The notes under the pieces were generated by a model. The model searched no databases. It was not told the DNA's origin and saw nothing but the letters and a program-made list of their open reading frames with translations. The translations under genes and the position numbers were made by a program. A stretch of DNA of 64,000 bases from an uncultured Spirochaetota bacterium. GTDB lineage: Bacteria > Spirochaetota > Brevinematia > Brevinematales > JAOACQ01. This document shows, piece after piece, positions 33,695-43,605 of the stretch (positions are counted from its first letter, which is position 1; each line of letters begins with the position of its first letter). The DNA lies in contig CAWIGG010000002.1 in assembly GCA_963835575.1 (NCBI GenBank), forward strand, positions 1,120,001-1,184,000, read 5' to 3'.

Positions 33695-34447
33695 ATGATA
33701 TTACAGGGAATGGATTTATTCATGGACCTCATTATGAAGTCCAGCTACATTGTGGCACTGACTGGAGCCGGTATTTCAACGCATGCCGGAATAACAGATT
33801 TCAGGGGACCAAATGGTCTTTATTCTAGAAAAGATATTCCGGCAGATAAGATCTTTGATATTAACTATTTTAAACAGGACCCTGCCCTATTTTACAATTT
33901 CATAAACGATTTATTAAACCTTTTTGAAAAGGCAAAACCGACTAAAGGTCATAAATTTTTAAAAAAACTGGAAACTCTCGGTAAATTAAAAGCAATTATA
34001 ACACAGAATATCGACGGTCTGCATAAAAAAGCCGGTAATTCAAATATAATCGAACTGCATGGGAATTTTGAAAAGTTTTATTGTATTGAATGCAATGATG
34101 AAATTTATCCTGACAGCCCGCCTTATAAAAAAATATTGTCTCTTATAAAGAGTAAAAAAGTCCCAAGATGCCAGAAATGCAATGGTATCATAAAACCTAA
34201 TATTGTATTTTTTGGCGAATATGTTCGAGATCTTGAGAAAGCTTTAACAGAAATACAAAAAGCTGATTTAATGATCACTATGGGCGCATCCCTTACTGTT
34301 TATCCCGCTTCTACGCTTCCTTCCTATCTTGCTGATTCATCGAAATTAGTAATTATCAATAATATGGAAACCCCTTTTGATACAAAAGCGAAAGTAGTTC
34401 TCCATGAAGATATTGATGATATTGTGGATAAACTTAAAATACTTTAA
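33695..34447 (+). CDS. cobB: Sir2-family NAD-dependent deacylase
   Basis: TGAGIS..AGITDFRG, ITQNIDGLH, ELHG, Zn-binding cysteines and KPNIVFFGE. Confidence 0.92.
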   Translation: MILQGMDLFMDLIMKSSYIVALTGAGISTHAGITDFRGPNGLYSRKDIPADKIFDINYFKQDPALFYNFINDLLNLFEKAKPTKGHKFLKKLETLGKLKAIITQNIDGLHKKAGNSNIIELHGNFEKFYCIECNDEIYPDSPPYKKILSLIKSKKVPRCQKCNGIIKPNIVFFGEYVRDLEKALTEIQKADLMITMGASLTVYPASTLPSYLADSSKLVIINNMETPFDTKAKVVLHEDIDDIVDKLKIL

Positions 34448-34556
34448 AAATATTTTTTGCAATATGAAAATTAATGATTATTTTATTTAATAGGATGTTT
34501 AATTATTACATTGATCATGTTTTCTTAGCAAATAAGTATTAACAATTGAGGAAAAA

Positions 34557-36062
34557 ATGCCGGAAGCTACAATACTAATCGTTGAAGATGAAATTTTATT
34601 TGCAAAAAACTTACAAAATACGCTTATATCTCAAGGTTACCAGGCGCCATTTATCTGCGACAATGGTAAAGATGCAATCGTTAAGGCGGAGGAAATTAAT
34701 CCCACTCTTGTACTTATGGATATTATGCTGAAGGGAAAAATGGACGGAATAGACGCCGCTGAATACCTTTATTTCAGATTAAATATACCTGTTATATTTA
34801 TCACCGCTTTTGCTGATGAAAAAACACTTAACCGTTCCAGAATAGCAGAGCCTTACGGCTATCTTTTAAAGCCGATTTCAGAAAGAGAGCTTCAAACAAC
34901 AATAGAAATGGCAATCCAAAAGCACAGATTGGAAAATAAATTAAAAGAAAAAGAAGAATGGCTTTCTTTTATTCTTGGTAATATAGAAGACGCCGTTTTT
35001 GTTACTAACAATAAATTGGAGATTAATTATATTAACCAGGCTGCCGAATCCTTAACAGGATTGACGCAAAAAGAAACCATTGGACTGCCGATAAAAGATA
35101 TTTTAATATTGCAGGAAATGGATAAAATTATAAATCTTGATAAAATTTTAAATAATGTAAAAAATAATAATAAAAAATTTGAAATAATGAGTGAATTTTC
35201 ATTAATTGATAAAGAACATAATAAAATACCTGTTAATGGAAGCATTTCACCTTTATGGGATGACAGGAATCTATTCATGGGCATTTTAATAGTTATTAGA
35301 GATATAACCTCACAAAAAAAAATAGAAAATGAAGTATTGAAATTGGAGAAATTAGAATCGCTCAGTCTTTTGGCCGGCGGAATCGCGCATGATTTTAATA
35401 ATATGCTGACAGCTGTTATCGGGAATCTATCGCTCTGCCGCCTCAATAATATAAAAAAAGATGAACTTAATTCATATCTCGAGGAATCTGAAAAAGCATG
35501 CCTGAGAGCAAAAGAACTTACTCAGCAGCTGATGACCTATGCAAAAGGAGGAACTCTTAACCTCAAAACTCATGATATACGTAATGTCATTCAATCAATT
35601 GTTTCATTTATAATACACGGGTCAAATATTAAACCGGTTTATGAATTTACAGATGATTTAAAATTAGTCAATATTGATTTGTCTCAAATCGAGCAGGTTA
35701 TACAAAACTTGGTAATTAATGCCAGAGAGGCGATGGCAGATGGAGGAATTTTAACAATAATAGCAGAGAATATAATTATTAATGATGAATCATTAATTAA
35801 ATCACCTGTGGAAAACATTCCATTAAAAAATGGAAATTATGTAAAAATTATTTTTAAAGATAACGGGAATGGAATTGCTGATAAAAACATCAAAAAAATA
35901 TTCGATCCTTATTTTACAACAAAACCTAATGGAACCGGGCTCGGATTACCCACAGCTTTTTCATTATTAAAAAAACATAATGGAGCTATTAGTGTTGAAT
36001 CAGAAATTGGGAAAGGTACAACTTTTATAATCTATCTTCCTGCTTCAAAGGAATCAAATTAA
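34557..36062 (+). CDS. Hybrid signalling protein: receiver-PAS-histidine kinase
   Basis: ILIVEDE/LMDI receiver, PAS (INQAAESLTG), H-box AHDFNN, N-box NAREA and G-boxes. Confidence 0.93.
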   Translation: MPEATILIVEDEILFAKNLQNTLISQGYQAPFICDNGKDAIVKAEEINPTLVLMDIMLKGKMDGIDAAEYLYFRLNIPVIFITAFADEKTLNRSRIAEPYGYLLKPISERELQTTIEMAIQKHRLENKLKEKEEWLSFILGNIEDAVFVTNNKLEINYINQAAESLTGLTQKETIGLPIKDILILQEMDKIINLDKILNNVKNNNKKFEIMSEFSLIDKEHNKIPVNGSISPLWDDRNLFMGILIVIRDITSQKKIENEVLKLEKLESLSLLAGGIAHDFNNMLTAVIGNLSLCRLNNIKKDELNSYLEESEKACLRAKELTQQLMTYAKGGTLNLKTHDIRNVIQSIVSFIIHGSNIKPVYEFTDDLKLVNIDLSQIEQVIQNLVINAREAMADGGILTIIAENIIINDESLIKSPVENIPLKNGNYVKIIFKDNGNGIADKNIKKIFDPYFTTKPNGTGLGLPTAFSLLKKHNGAISVESEIGKGTTFIIYLPASKESN

Positions 36063-36168
36063 ATAATTTATATGTTAGATTTATTATATACTTAATAATG
36101 AATACAATATTAATTAATTTTATACTTAAACTATCGAAGTAAAATTTATAAAAAAAAGGAGTATTTTA

Positions 36169-38601
36169 ATGGCTTTTTCAAAGAATGCGCTATTTATAAT
36201 GGATAAATTTTACTTAAAAAGAGATAAAGAAGGTCATCTGTTAGAAAATAACTATGAAGAAACATTCTCCCGTGTCGCTGATTTTGTAGCATCTGCTGAA
36301 AAGAATAAAGAATTGCAGAATAAAACTAAAAAACAATTATTCAACCTGATGATGGAACAAAAATTCATGTTCTCTTCACCTACTTTATTTAATGCCGGAT
36401 CTGATTTTCCCCTATCTTCCAGCTGTTTTGTAGGCGGATTAGATGATAATATGATTTCAATTATGAAGGCGGCTACGGATACGGCTATAACTTTTAAAGC
36501 CGGGGCAGGTATGGGATTAAACTTCGGGATTTTAAGACCGAAAGGAGCCCCTGTCGGCAGAGGCGGAACTTCAAGCGGCCCTGTCAGTTTTATGCATTTG
36601 TTTGATGAAGTCGGGGAAACCGTTAAAAGCGGCGGCGTACGCAGGGCCGCTTTTATGGCAATGATGGATATCAGCCACCCGGATATTGAAGAATTCATAA
36701 GCTCAAAAGACTTTATAGCGGGTTTAAAACTCAAATATCCCGATCTTTCAATAACCGATAATTTTGTTGAAAATATACTTCAAAGCGTTTCACAATGTCT
36801 TTCTTCTGAAATAAACGATTCTTCAATCATTCAAACTATTTATGCCGAATTAAGAAATAAATTATTTGAACCTCTCAGTAATATGAATATCAGTGTGGCC
36901 ATAACGGATGATTTTATGAAAGCGGTGAATGATGACGCCGAATTCTATCTAAAATATAATGAAACTAAAATTAAAATTATAGCCCGCGAGTTGTTTCATA
37001 AAATAGCGCTTTCCGCCTGGAGAACGGCAGATCCGGGTGTCTGGTTTATCGATAGGGCCAATGAATATGACACAGTCCCTTCACTTGGCAAAATACTATC
37101 TACCAATCCATGCGGAGAACAAAGTCTGCATAATTATACAAGCTGTAATCTTGGTTCTATCAATCTTACAAAATTTGTCATTAATGACAAATTCGATTAC
37201 AAATCTTTCCAGCAGGTAGTGGCTGTATTAGTTAGAGGACTGGATAATATAATTGATATTGCGGCATTCCCAACTGATGACTTTACAACCAACACCCGTA
37301 AAATCAGGCCGATAGGATTAGGATTTACGGGCCTGGCGGAAACAATGTATAAATTAAAAATCCCATATAATTCAGACAAAGGTTATGAATTTGCCGCGAA
37401 TGTGGCAAAAGCGATGACCCAGGTTGCAATAGAAGCTTCAATAGCGCTGGCGGAAGAAAAAGGGCCGTTTGAACTTTATAAATCAAATAAGAATAATGTT
37501 ATTGATGTTGTAAAAAAATTCTATGATACCGATGGAGAAAAAGATAAAATTGAGCAGATTATCAATAAATTCGGGATCAGAAACAGTAATTGGACAACCC
37601 TGGCTCCAACAGGCACAATCAGCCTCGTTCTGGATGCCTATACCTACTCTCTTGAGCCGCAATTCGCTCTCGCCTACAGTAAAAACTTAATTGACGGTGG
37701 AACTTTGACCTATGTTGATCCTGAATTTGAAAAAGCAGTGAAAAATAACAAGGAATTAATAATTAAAGTGATTGAAAATAATGGGAGCTGCCAGAATATC
37801 GATGAAATTCCTCAAGAAATTAAAGATATATTTGTAGTGGCGCATGATATTCACTATGAAGACAGGATAAAAATGCAGTCTTCTTTGCAAAAATATATTT
37901 CAAACAGCATTTCATCAACTATCAACCTTCCGAATATAATTACCGTTGAGGAAATTGAAAGCATATATTTGAAAGCCTGGGAATCCGGATTAAAAGGAAT
38001 TACCATATACCGTGACGGTGTAAAATATTTCCAGCCTATGACAACAGCTCAAAATACTGCCAATCAAAATAAAGAAAAAATGAATACATGCGGAAAATGG
38101 GCCCGCCCTAAAGCGCTGAAAGGTGAAATATTTAAAACAAAAACCGGAAGCGGCACGCTCTATACTTCTGTCGGTCTTGATGAAGAAGGATTCCCGGTAG
38201 AAATTTTCATAAATATCTCAAAACATGGTTCCGATGTATCTGCTTTTTCTGAAGCTCTGGGCAGGGTTATTTCAATTGCTCTGCAAAACGGTATTCCTGT
38301 AGAAAATATAGCCGAGACAATTATCGGAATCACCGGCGACTCATCAGCCTGGGATAATGGGAAACTCATTAAAAGCATTCCCGATGCCGTCGGCAGAATA
38401 TTGAAGGATTTCGCCGATAAAATAAATAAAACCGGTCAGGAACAGGAATTGTTTAAAATAGAAAATGTCAAATCAGACAGAGAAGAAAGGCCGGCAGTAA
38501 TAAAAGGAGCCCAAACCTGTCCAAACTGCGGTGAAAAGGCATATATCAAAACTGAAGACTGCAACAATTGTCTGTCTTGCGGCTTCTCTAAATGCAGTTG
38601 A
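36169..38601 (+). CDS. nrdJ: Class II (adenosylcobalamin-dependent) ribonucleotide reductase
   Basis: SPTLFNAG, SSCFV, SSGPVSF, GGVRRAA, TNPCGEQ, APTGTIS and KGITIYRDG; C-terminal SIPD (TSCPD-like) domain and Cys-rich tail; no adjacent nrdB. Confidence 0.9.
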   Translation: MAFSKNALFIMDKFYLKRDKEGHLLENNYEETFSRVADFVASAEKNKELQNKTKKQLFNLMMEQKFMFSSPTLFNAGSDFPLSSSCFVGGLDDNMISIMKAATDTAITFKAGAGMGLNFGILRPKGAPVGRGGTSSGPVSFMHLFDEVGETVKSGGVRRAAFMAMMDISHPDIEEFISSKDFIAGLKLKYPDLSITDNFVENILQSVSQCLSSEINDSSIIQTIYAELRNKLFEPLSNMNISVAITDDFMKAVNDDAEFYLKYNETKIKIIARELFHKIALSAWRTADPGVWFIDRANEYDTVPSLGKILSTNPCGEQSLHNYTSCNLGSINLTKFVINDKFDYKSFQQVVAVLVRGLDNIIDIAAFPTDDFTTNTRKIRPIGLGFTGLAETMYKLKIPYNSDKGYEFAANVAKAMTQVAIEASIALAEEKGPFELYKSNKNNVIDVVKKFYDTDGEKDKIEQIINKFGIRNSNWTTLAPTGTISLVLDAYTYSLEPQFALAYSKNLIDGGTLTYVDPEFEKAVKNNKELIIKVIENNGSCQNIDEIPQEIKDIFVVAHDIHYEDRIKMQSSLQKYISNSISSTINLPNIITVEEIESIYLKAWESGLKGITIYRDGVKYFQPMTTAQNTANQNKEKMNTCGKWARPKALKGEIFKTKTGSGTLYTSVGLDEEGFPVEIFINISKHGSDVSAFSEALGRVISIALQNGIPVENIAETIIGITGDSSAWDNGKLIKSIPDAVGRILKDFADKINKTGQEQELFKIENVKSDREERPAVIKGAQTCPNCGEKAYIKTEDCNNCLSCGFSKCS

Positions 38602-38767
38602 TTACTATCTCTTATTATTATAAAGAATTATAATCACTTCTGATTTTAAATAAAACTTTAACTTTATCTATTTCATCATATCTTAAATCTGCAATATCTT
38701 GAAAATGTTTTTTTATAACAATTGTTATATTAATTTCGATATCATATTATCCGATAATTCAATTAGT

Positions 38768-40006
38768 ATGAAAAGAATAATTGAAAAATTTATTGATTAT
38801 ATAACAAATTTAAAAAATGAACTGAAAGTATTTTACTATCTTTTTAAAAAAGAGAATGTGTTCAGATATTTTCTTATCATTTTTTTTCTGATGATTATAT
38901 CCGGAATTCTTTTTATATTTCTTGAATATGACCAGCTTATTGCGGCAAACGGAAACAACAATCTTTCATTTTTTAATAAAATAATAACAGCCATGTACTG
39001 GGCAATAGTGACAATTGCGACATGCGGTTACGGAGATATAACACCATCTACTCCTGCCGGAAGAATACTTGTTATTATTGTTCTTTATTTAAGCGTCGCT
39101 GCAGTATCTCTTTTTACTGCAAATTTAGCCTCCGCTTTAACAACCAAAAAAATGATGGAAAGGAGAGGTATCATGAATTTGGGAGAATTAAAAGATCATT
39201 TTATTATATGCGGGTGGAAAAACTCGATGAATCAGATCCTTTCTGAAATATTATTTCACAATCCTAAGCTTAATTTAAAAAAAATAATAATAATTGCCAA
39301 TGTTGAACCGGATACAATTGAATTGTTTTATCAGCAATACCCTGAGTTTCAGCAGATTATTATCCTGCGCGGCGAGCATTATAATGAAACTTTATTAAAA
39401 AAAGCAAACATTCAAAAAGCAAATAAAGTACTTATTCTTGCGGATGAAAGCACGCCGTCATCACCAACAGAAGTAGACTCAAAAAGTGTAATGACAGCAA
39501 TGACCATTTATTCTATTTCTAATAATATAAAAGTCAGCGCGGAACTTCTGGATATTAAATTTGAAAAATATCTTAAATCGGCTCATGTTGAAGAAATTAT
39601 TTATACAAATGAATACAATAAAGTGCTTATTGCCAATTCATTTACGCAAATTGGCATTACAAAAATAATAAATAATCTTCTTAACGCAAATATGCCCGGA
39701 TATATCGCGACTGAAAAGATCCCGCATTCATATGTAGGAAAATGTTTTTCCGATTTAAGAAATTATTTTAAGGATCATAAAAATTCCATATTAATCGGAC
39801 TTCTTGAGAATGTCGGTGGTTATATACAAAGAAAAAAAGAAGCTATTCGTGAGGCGCAAAAAACAGCCGATGTAAAGAAACTCATCAATAACTTGAAAGC
39901 TGCTAAAAACATGGAAAATAATCTGCCGAATATAAATCCTGATGATTCTTACATTATCCCTTTTAATTCTATGGCGGTTCTTATTGAGAGAGAGAAAAAT
40001 TTATGA
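38768..40006 (+). CDS. Two-TM potassium channel with an RCK/TrkA-N domain
   Basis: YWAIVTIATCGYGDITP pore loop; DHFIICGW Rossmann motif of RCK. Confidence 0.88.
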   Translation: MKRIIEKFIDYITNLKNELKVFYYLFKKENVFRYFLIIFFLMIISGILFIFLEYDQLIAANGNNNLSFFNKIITAMYWAIVTIATCGYGDITPSTPAGRILVIIVLYLSVAAVSLFTANLASALTTKKMMERRGIMNLGELKDHFIICGWKNSMNQILSEILFHNPKLNLKKIIIIANVEPDTIELFYQQYPEFQQIIILRGEHYNETLLKKANIQKANKVLILADESTPSSPTEVDSKSVMTAMTIYSISNNIKVSAELLDIKFEKYLKSAHVEEIIYTNEYNKVLIANSFTQIGITKIINNLLNANMPGYIATEKIPHSYVGKCFSDLRNYFKDHKNSILIGLLENVGGYIQRKKEAIREAQKTADVKKLINNLKAAKNMENNLPNINPDDSYIIPFNSMAVLIEREKNL

Positions 40007-40497
40007 ATATAATTGAAAGATTAAAAACAATCTCGCTTTTTTCAGAAATAAAAAATAACGATACGGCTTTAAAAAAAATCGGGAATATTATTAGAAAAGA
40101 AAATATCGCTGCCGGTTCATGCATAATAAAGGAAGGTGAAGTCGGCGACAAAATGTATATTTTAAACAAAGGAACGGTAAAAATAGAAAAAAAGACTCTG
40201 GCAAATGATAGTTTTACTGTAGATATTCTCCATGACAACATGAATATATTCTTTGGTGAAATCGCGCTTATGGATAATGATCTCCGGTCTGCATCAGTTA
40301 TCGCCGTTAATGATTGTGAATGCTATGTGATAAATAAAGATGATTTCGATAAATTATGTAAAAATAATCCTGAAATAGGTTATTATATTATAAAAGAGAT
40401 CGCTGTATCTCTTTCTTCTAAATTCAGGAAAATTACACAGGATAATGTTAATTTAATTGACGCTATTATTAGAGATGATAATGAGAATAGCAATTAA
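40003..40497 (+). CDS. Stand-alone cyclic-nucleotide-binding domain protein
   Basis: IIKEGEVGDKMYILNKGTV and FFGEIAL.....RSASV; ATGA overlap with the channel stop codon. Confidence 0.9.
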   Translation: MNIIERLKTISLFSEIKNNDTALKKIGNIIRKENIAAGSCIIKEGEVGDKMYILNKGTVKIEKKTLANDSFTVDILHDNMNIFFGEIALMDNDLRSASVIAVNDCECYVINKDDFDKLCKNNPEIGYYIIKEIAVSLSSKFRKITQDNVNLIDAIIRDDNENSN

Positions 40498-41732
40498 GAT
40501 TGTTTTTTAGTTTCAGTAATAGTAACATATTTAACATACTTTTTTATTAGATTTGATAAGTCATTCTTTTTAGAGTCTTCGTCATAGATAAATTCAAAAG
40601 CGACATTTAATCCGGCATTCTCCCCCGGCATATAATGATATCTGACTACTCTGGAAGGTATATCCAGATTTTTATCATCAGCTTTGAGATTGACAAGAAC
40701 AATATTATTCTCTTTTATTGAATGTGTGAGATAGATATTCTTGGTGTTTGCTAATATACCTCCGATAGACACATCAACAACTTTAAAATTTGTATTGGCA
40801 TTCTGAACTTCACCCTGGCTTTTTACAATCACTTCACCAAGTATATCTGCCAGACCTTTTATATAAAATATTTCATAAATAGTCAGCTTTTTATATGCCG
40901 GATCATTCGGTACTGAAACTTCAATAACCCCGACAACTCTTTCTCCGACAATTATAGGCACCATTGCGTATGAATCAATGCCTTTAGAAATATAATTTTG
41001 GCGTATTTGTTCCAATATATCAGGCGCCATTGCTTTTTTTATCAGCTCAAAATATTTTTCATAACCAATAATGCTGTATTTATCTCCTAAATGAAGATAA
41101 TTATTTAAATTATCCGTATCGCCTATCCAGAATGTTTTTTTATATATATTAACAACTTTTTCAATGGGTGATAAATTACTCATATCTTTAAATAGGTTAA
41201 TCCTGAAACGATTTGTATAGCGTGATAATTCATCTCCAATCATACCAATTATCTTTTTTAAATCAGGGGATTCAACCTGCAGTTCCAGATATATATTTCT
41301 GAGAGTAGCTGGAAGTTCATCAACATTAATATTAATATTTCCTTCCTGTGATTTTGATTCGACTTTTTTTATATTGAATTGAAGTATTTCAGCAACATCA
41401 ACCCTGGTAAACTTTCTGATAGAATGATAAAATAATTTTTCCGGTAATAAGATTTCTATATTTTTTAAAGGTATATTCAATTGTTTAACATTTGTAGTGA
41501 TTGAAGAATAAAAGTTCCTGTTATAGTCAAAGGATAATTTCAAGTTTTTCAAAGGAACAAAATCCGGAATTTGCTCAAAGAATATTGAAATGGAGTTTGT
41601 ATCAGCTTTTGTAACAAAACCTGAAGTGGAGAACTTTCTTTCTTTTTCCCTCAAAGCGACTGTCAAATGTTTTAAGCGGATGTTATTGAGAAGCGCAACG
41701 ATTTCATTTCGCTGCGTCACTTCTTTTTCCAC
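40494..41732 (-). CDS. PilZ-domain c-di-GMP receptor with an internal GAF-like domain (DUF1577/YcgR-like)
   Basis: RKFTR (RxxxR) and DVSIGG (DxSxxG) separated by about 200 aa that contain SYAMVPIIVGERVVGVIEV. Confidence 0.7.
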   Translation of the reverse strand: MEKEVTQRNEIVALLNNIRLKHLTVALREKERKFSTSGFVTKADTNSISIFFEQIPDFVPLKNLKLSFDYNRNFYSSITTNVKQLNIPLKNIEILLPEKLFYHSIRKFTRVDVAEILQFNIKKVESKSQEGNININVDELPATLRNIYLELQVESPDLKKIIGMIGDELSRYTNRFRINLFKDMSNLSPIEKVVNIYKKTFWIGDTDNLNNYLHLGDKYSIIGYEKYFELIKKAMAPDILEQIRQNYISKGIDSYAMVPIIVGERVVGVIEVSVPNDPAYKKLTIYEIFYIKGLADILGEVIVKSQGEVQNANTNFKVVDVSIGGILANTKNIYLTHSIKENNIVLVNLKADDKNLDIPSRVVRYHYMPGENAGLNVAFEFIYDEDSKKNDLSNLIKKYVKYVTITETKKQS

Positions 41733-41748
41733 ATTGCCCCCACTAAAA

Positions 41749-42759
41749 TCATGGATTTATTTTCCATATTTTAATTGTTCTATCACGGGAACCGGATGCT
41801 AAAAAGGCATCATCAGAACTCAAGCTGAGAGTCATAACATCTCCTAAGTGTTCCCGCATTTTATAAATCAATTCTCCTTTTTCAATATCAAAAACATTAA
41901 TCATATCATCATTACCGCCGGAATAAATCAGCTTTTCATCTTTTGAAAATAGCGCAACTAAAACGCTTCCGATATGACCTTTCAGAAGACGATATGGAGC
42001 TGAATAATCCCCCCATTTCCATACGCTTATTGTTGAGTCGGCACTTGCACAGAGAATAAACTTCCCTGTCGACGATATATTTACATATTCAATTGGATAC
42101 TCATGAAATTTTACTTCTTTCTCTAATTCCAAACTTGGAAATTTCCAAATCTTGAAATACCCATCTTCACCGCCGCTTATTGCATAATTACCATCCGGTG
42201 ATATACATGCGCTCCATACCTCTTGATTATGGGCCTTTACATTCGTATAAAGAGCAAGGTTTGGCATTGTCCATACCTTTAACTGGCTGTCAACACCGGC
42301 AGAGATAATATACTGACTGTTTGGAGAAATATCAAGCGATTGTATTCCTTTTTTATGCGCGTAAACATTTGTAATTTCTTCAAAATTACCTACTGATATA
42401 ATTTTCAAAGTCTCATATGAGCCATAGACAAAGTACTTATTATCCTTTGAAAATTTCAAAGGTATACCCCATATATCATAATATTTTTCTTTAAAGACCT
42501 TAACCGGGCTCCAATTTAATGTATTCCAAATGATAACGCTTTTATCCGCACTGCCGGATGCTAAATACTTCATATCTTGAGAAAAATTCACATAAAAAAC
42601 ATAAAGTTTATGCTCTTTCAATTCTTTTATTATACTTAAATTAAAATTTCCATAATTGATATTTGTATCTTTGTTTTCGAGTTTAACTATATTTTTTTCG
42701 CAAGACAATATTGAAATAAAAACAATAGAAAAAAACAATATAATATAAAAATGTTTCAT
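41749..42759 (-). CDS. WD40-repeat lipoprotein
   Basis: Lipobox ILSC; about 7 repeats of H...V....FS.D...LASGS.D..IKIW. Confidence 0.9.
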   Translation of the reverse strand: MKHFYIILFFSIVFISILSCEKNIVKLENKDTNINYGNFNLSIIKELKEHKLYVFYVNFSQDMKYLASGSADKSVIIWNTLNWSPVKVFKEKYYDIWGIPLKFSKDNKYFVYGSYETLKIISVGNFEEITNVYAHKKGIQSLDISPNSQYIISAGVDSQLKVWTMPNLALYTNVKAHNQEVWSACISPDGNYAISGGEDGYFKIWKFPSLELEKEVKFHEYPIEYVNISSTGKFILCASADSTISVWKWGDYSAPYRLLKGHIGSVLVALFSKDEKLIYSGGNDDMINVFDIEKGELIYKMREHLGDVMTLSLSSDDAFLASGSRDRTIKIWKINP

Positions 42760-42779
42760 TTTTATTCCTTCCAATAAGG

Positions 42780-42811
42780 AAAAAGGCTGAGAACCTCCTC
42801 AGCCTTTTTTT
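42780..42811. terminator. Intrinsic terminator after flaA, potentially bidirectional
   Basis: AAAAAGGCTGAG-aacctc-CTCAGCCTTTTTTT hairpin with flanking A/T tracts. Confidence 0.75.
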
Positions 42812-42864
42812 AAATTAATAATTAATAGCGTAAAAATATAATTCAGTAAAATATTAGTTCTATA

Positions 42865-43584
42865 TTACCAGTTATCAAGCATGTCATCCGGATTCTGATT
42901 CTTTTCGCTGAAAAGATCCGTGTCTGCTGTTAAATAATCAAAATATGTAAAATAAGGCCTTCCCAGCAAATCATCAGGATCAAATTCTATTCTGAATCCT
43001 AAAAAAGTAATACCTCTATCTTCAGTAATTTTATAATTCTCCTGATCTATTGTATCCGGAATATTAATATTAACCTGTTTCCAACCTACCCAGATAAGCT
43101 TTTCCGCTTTTAGAAATTTAACATTATCCAAATAATCCTTTAAGACTAAAAACAACGTATGCTTAAAATTCCTCCCAACAACCCAAAGAGAAATAGTTTT
43201 AGTAATACCTTTAATCTTAATAGGTCTGGCAGGTGTAATACTGACCCAGCTCCAATCCCTTTTCATGAATTCAACTTTTATACCAAGGACATACTTGTTT
43301 TTATCAGAAACCAAATCTTTTGGTCCGCCTTCCCTTCTCATCGCAATGGCAACACCATAATCTCTGGGCATATAAGCGGCCCATTCTCCAGCTTCTTCAA
43401 AATCATCAACAAGGAGAGTCTGTACCAGTTCCGTTGCGACTTTTTTATCAGATGTTTCCGAAGCATTTGTATTTATCACTTCAAGCTCACCAGTTCTATT
43501 TAAATCGCTTTTACCCAATTGCTGTGAGTATGTTGTGCCGTATATCACTAAAAAGATAATAATAAATAAAACTTTCATCTTCAT
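42865..43584 (-). CDS. flaA: Flagellar filament outer layer (sheath) protein FlaA
   Basis: Signal peptide; VDDFEEAGEW, VLGIKVEF, GITKTISLWVVGRN, GWK and YFDYL. Confidence 0.88.
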   Translation of the reverse strand: MKMKVLFIIIFLVIYGTTYSQQLGKSDLNRTGELEVINTNASETSDKKVATELVQTLLVDDFEEAGEWAAYMPRDYGVAIAMRREGGPKDLVSDKNKYVLGIKVEFMKRDWSWVSITPARPIKIKGITKTISLWVVGRNFKHTLFLVLKDYLDNVKFLKAEKLIWVGWKQVNINIPDTIDQENYKITEDRGITFLGFRIEFDPDDLLGRPYFTYFDYLTADTDLFSEKNQNPDDMLDNW

Positions 43585-43605
43585 ATTATTCTCCTCCATT
43601 TAAAT

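Noticed and set aside
36070..36168. NrdR boxes upstream of nrdJ
   Set aside because: Only weak matches in very AT-rich DNA; not supportable
36700..36880. Possible intein in NrdJ
   Set aside because: The insert is about 50 aa, with no N-terminal C/S, no C-terminal HN and no endonuclease motifs; it is a variable loop
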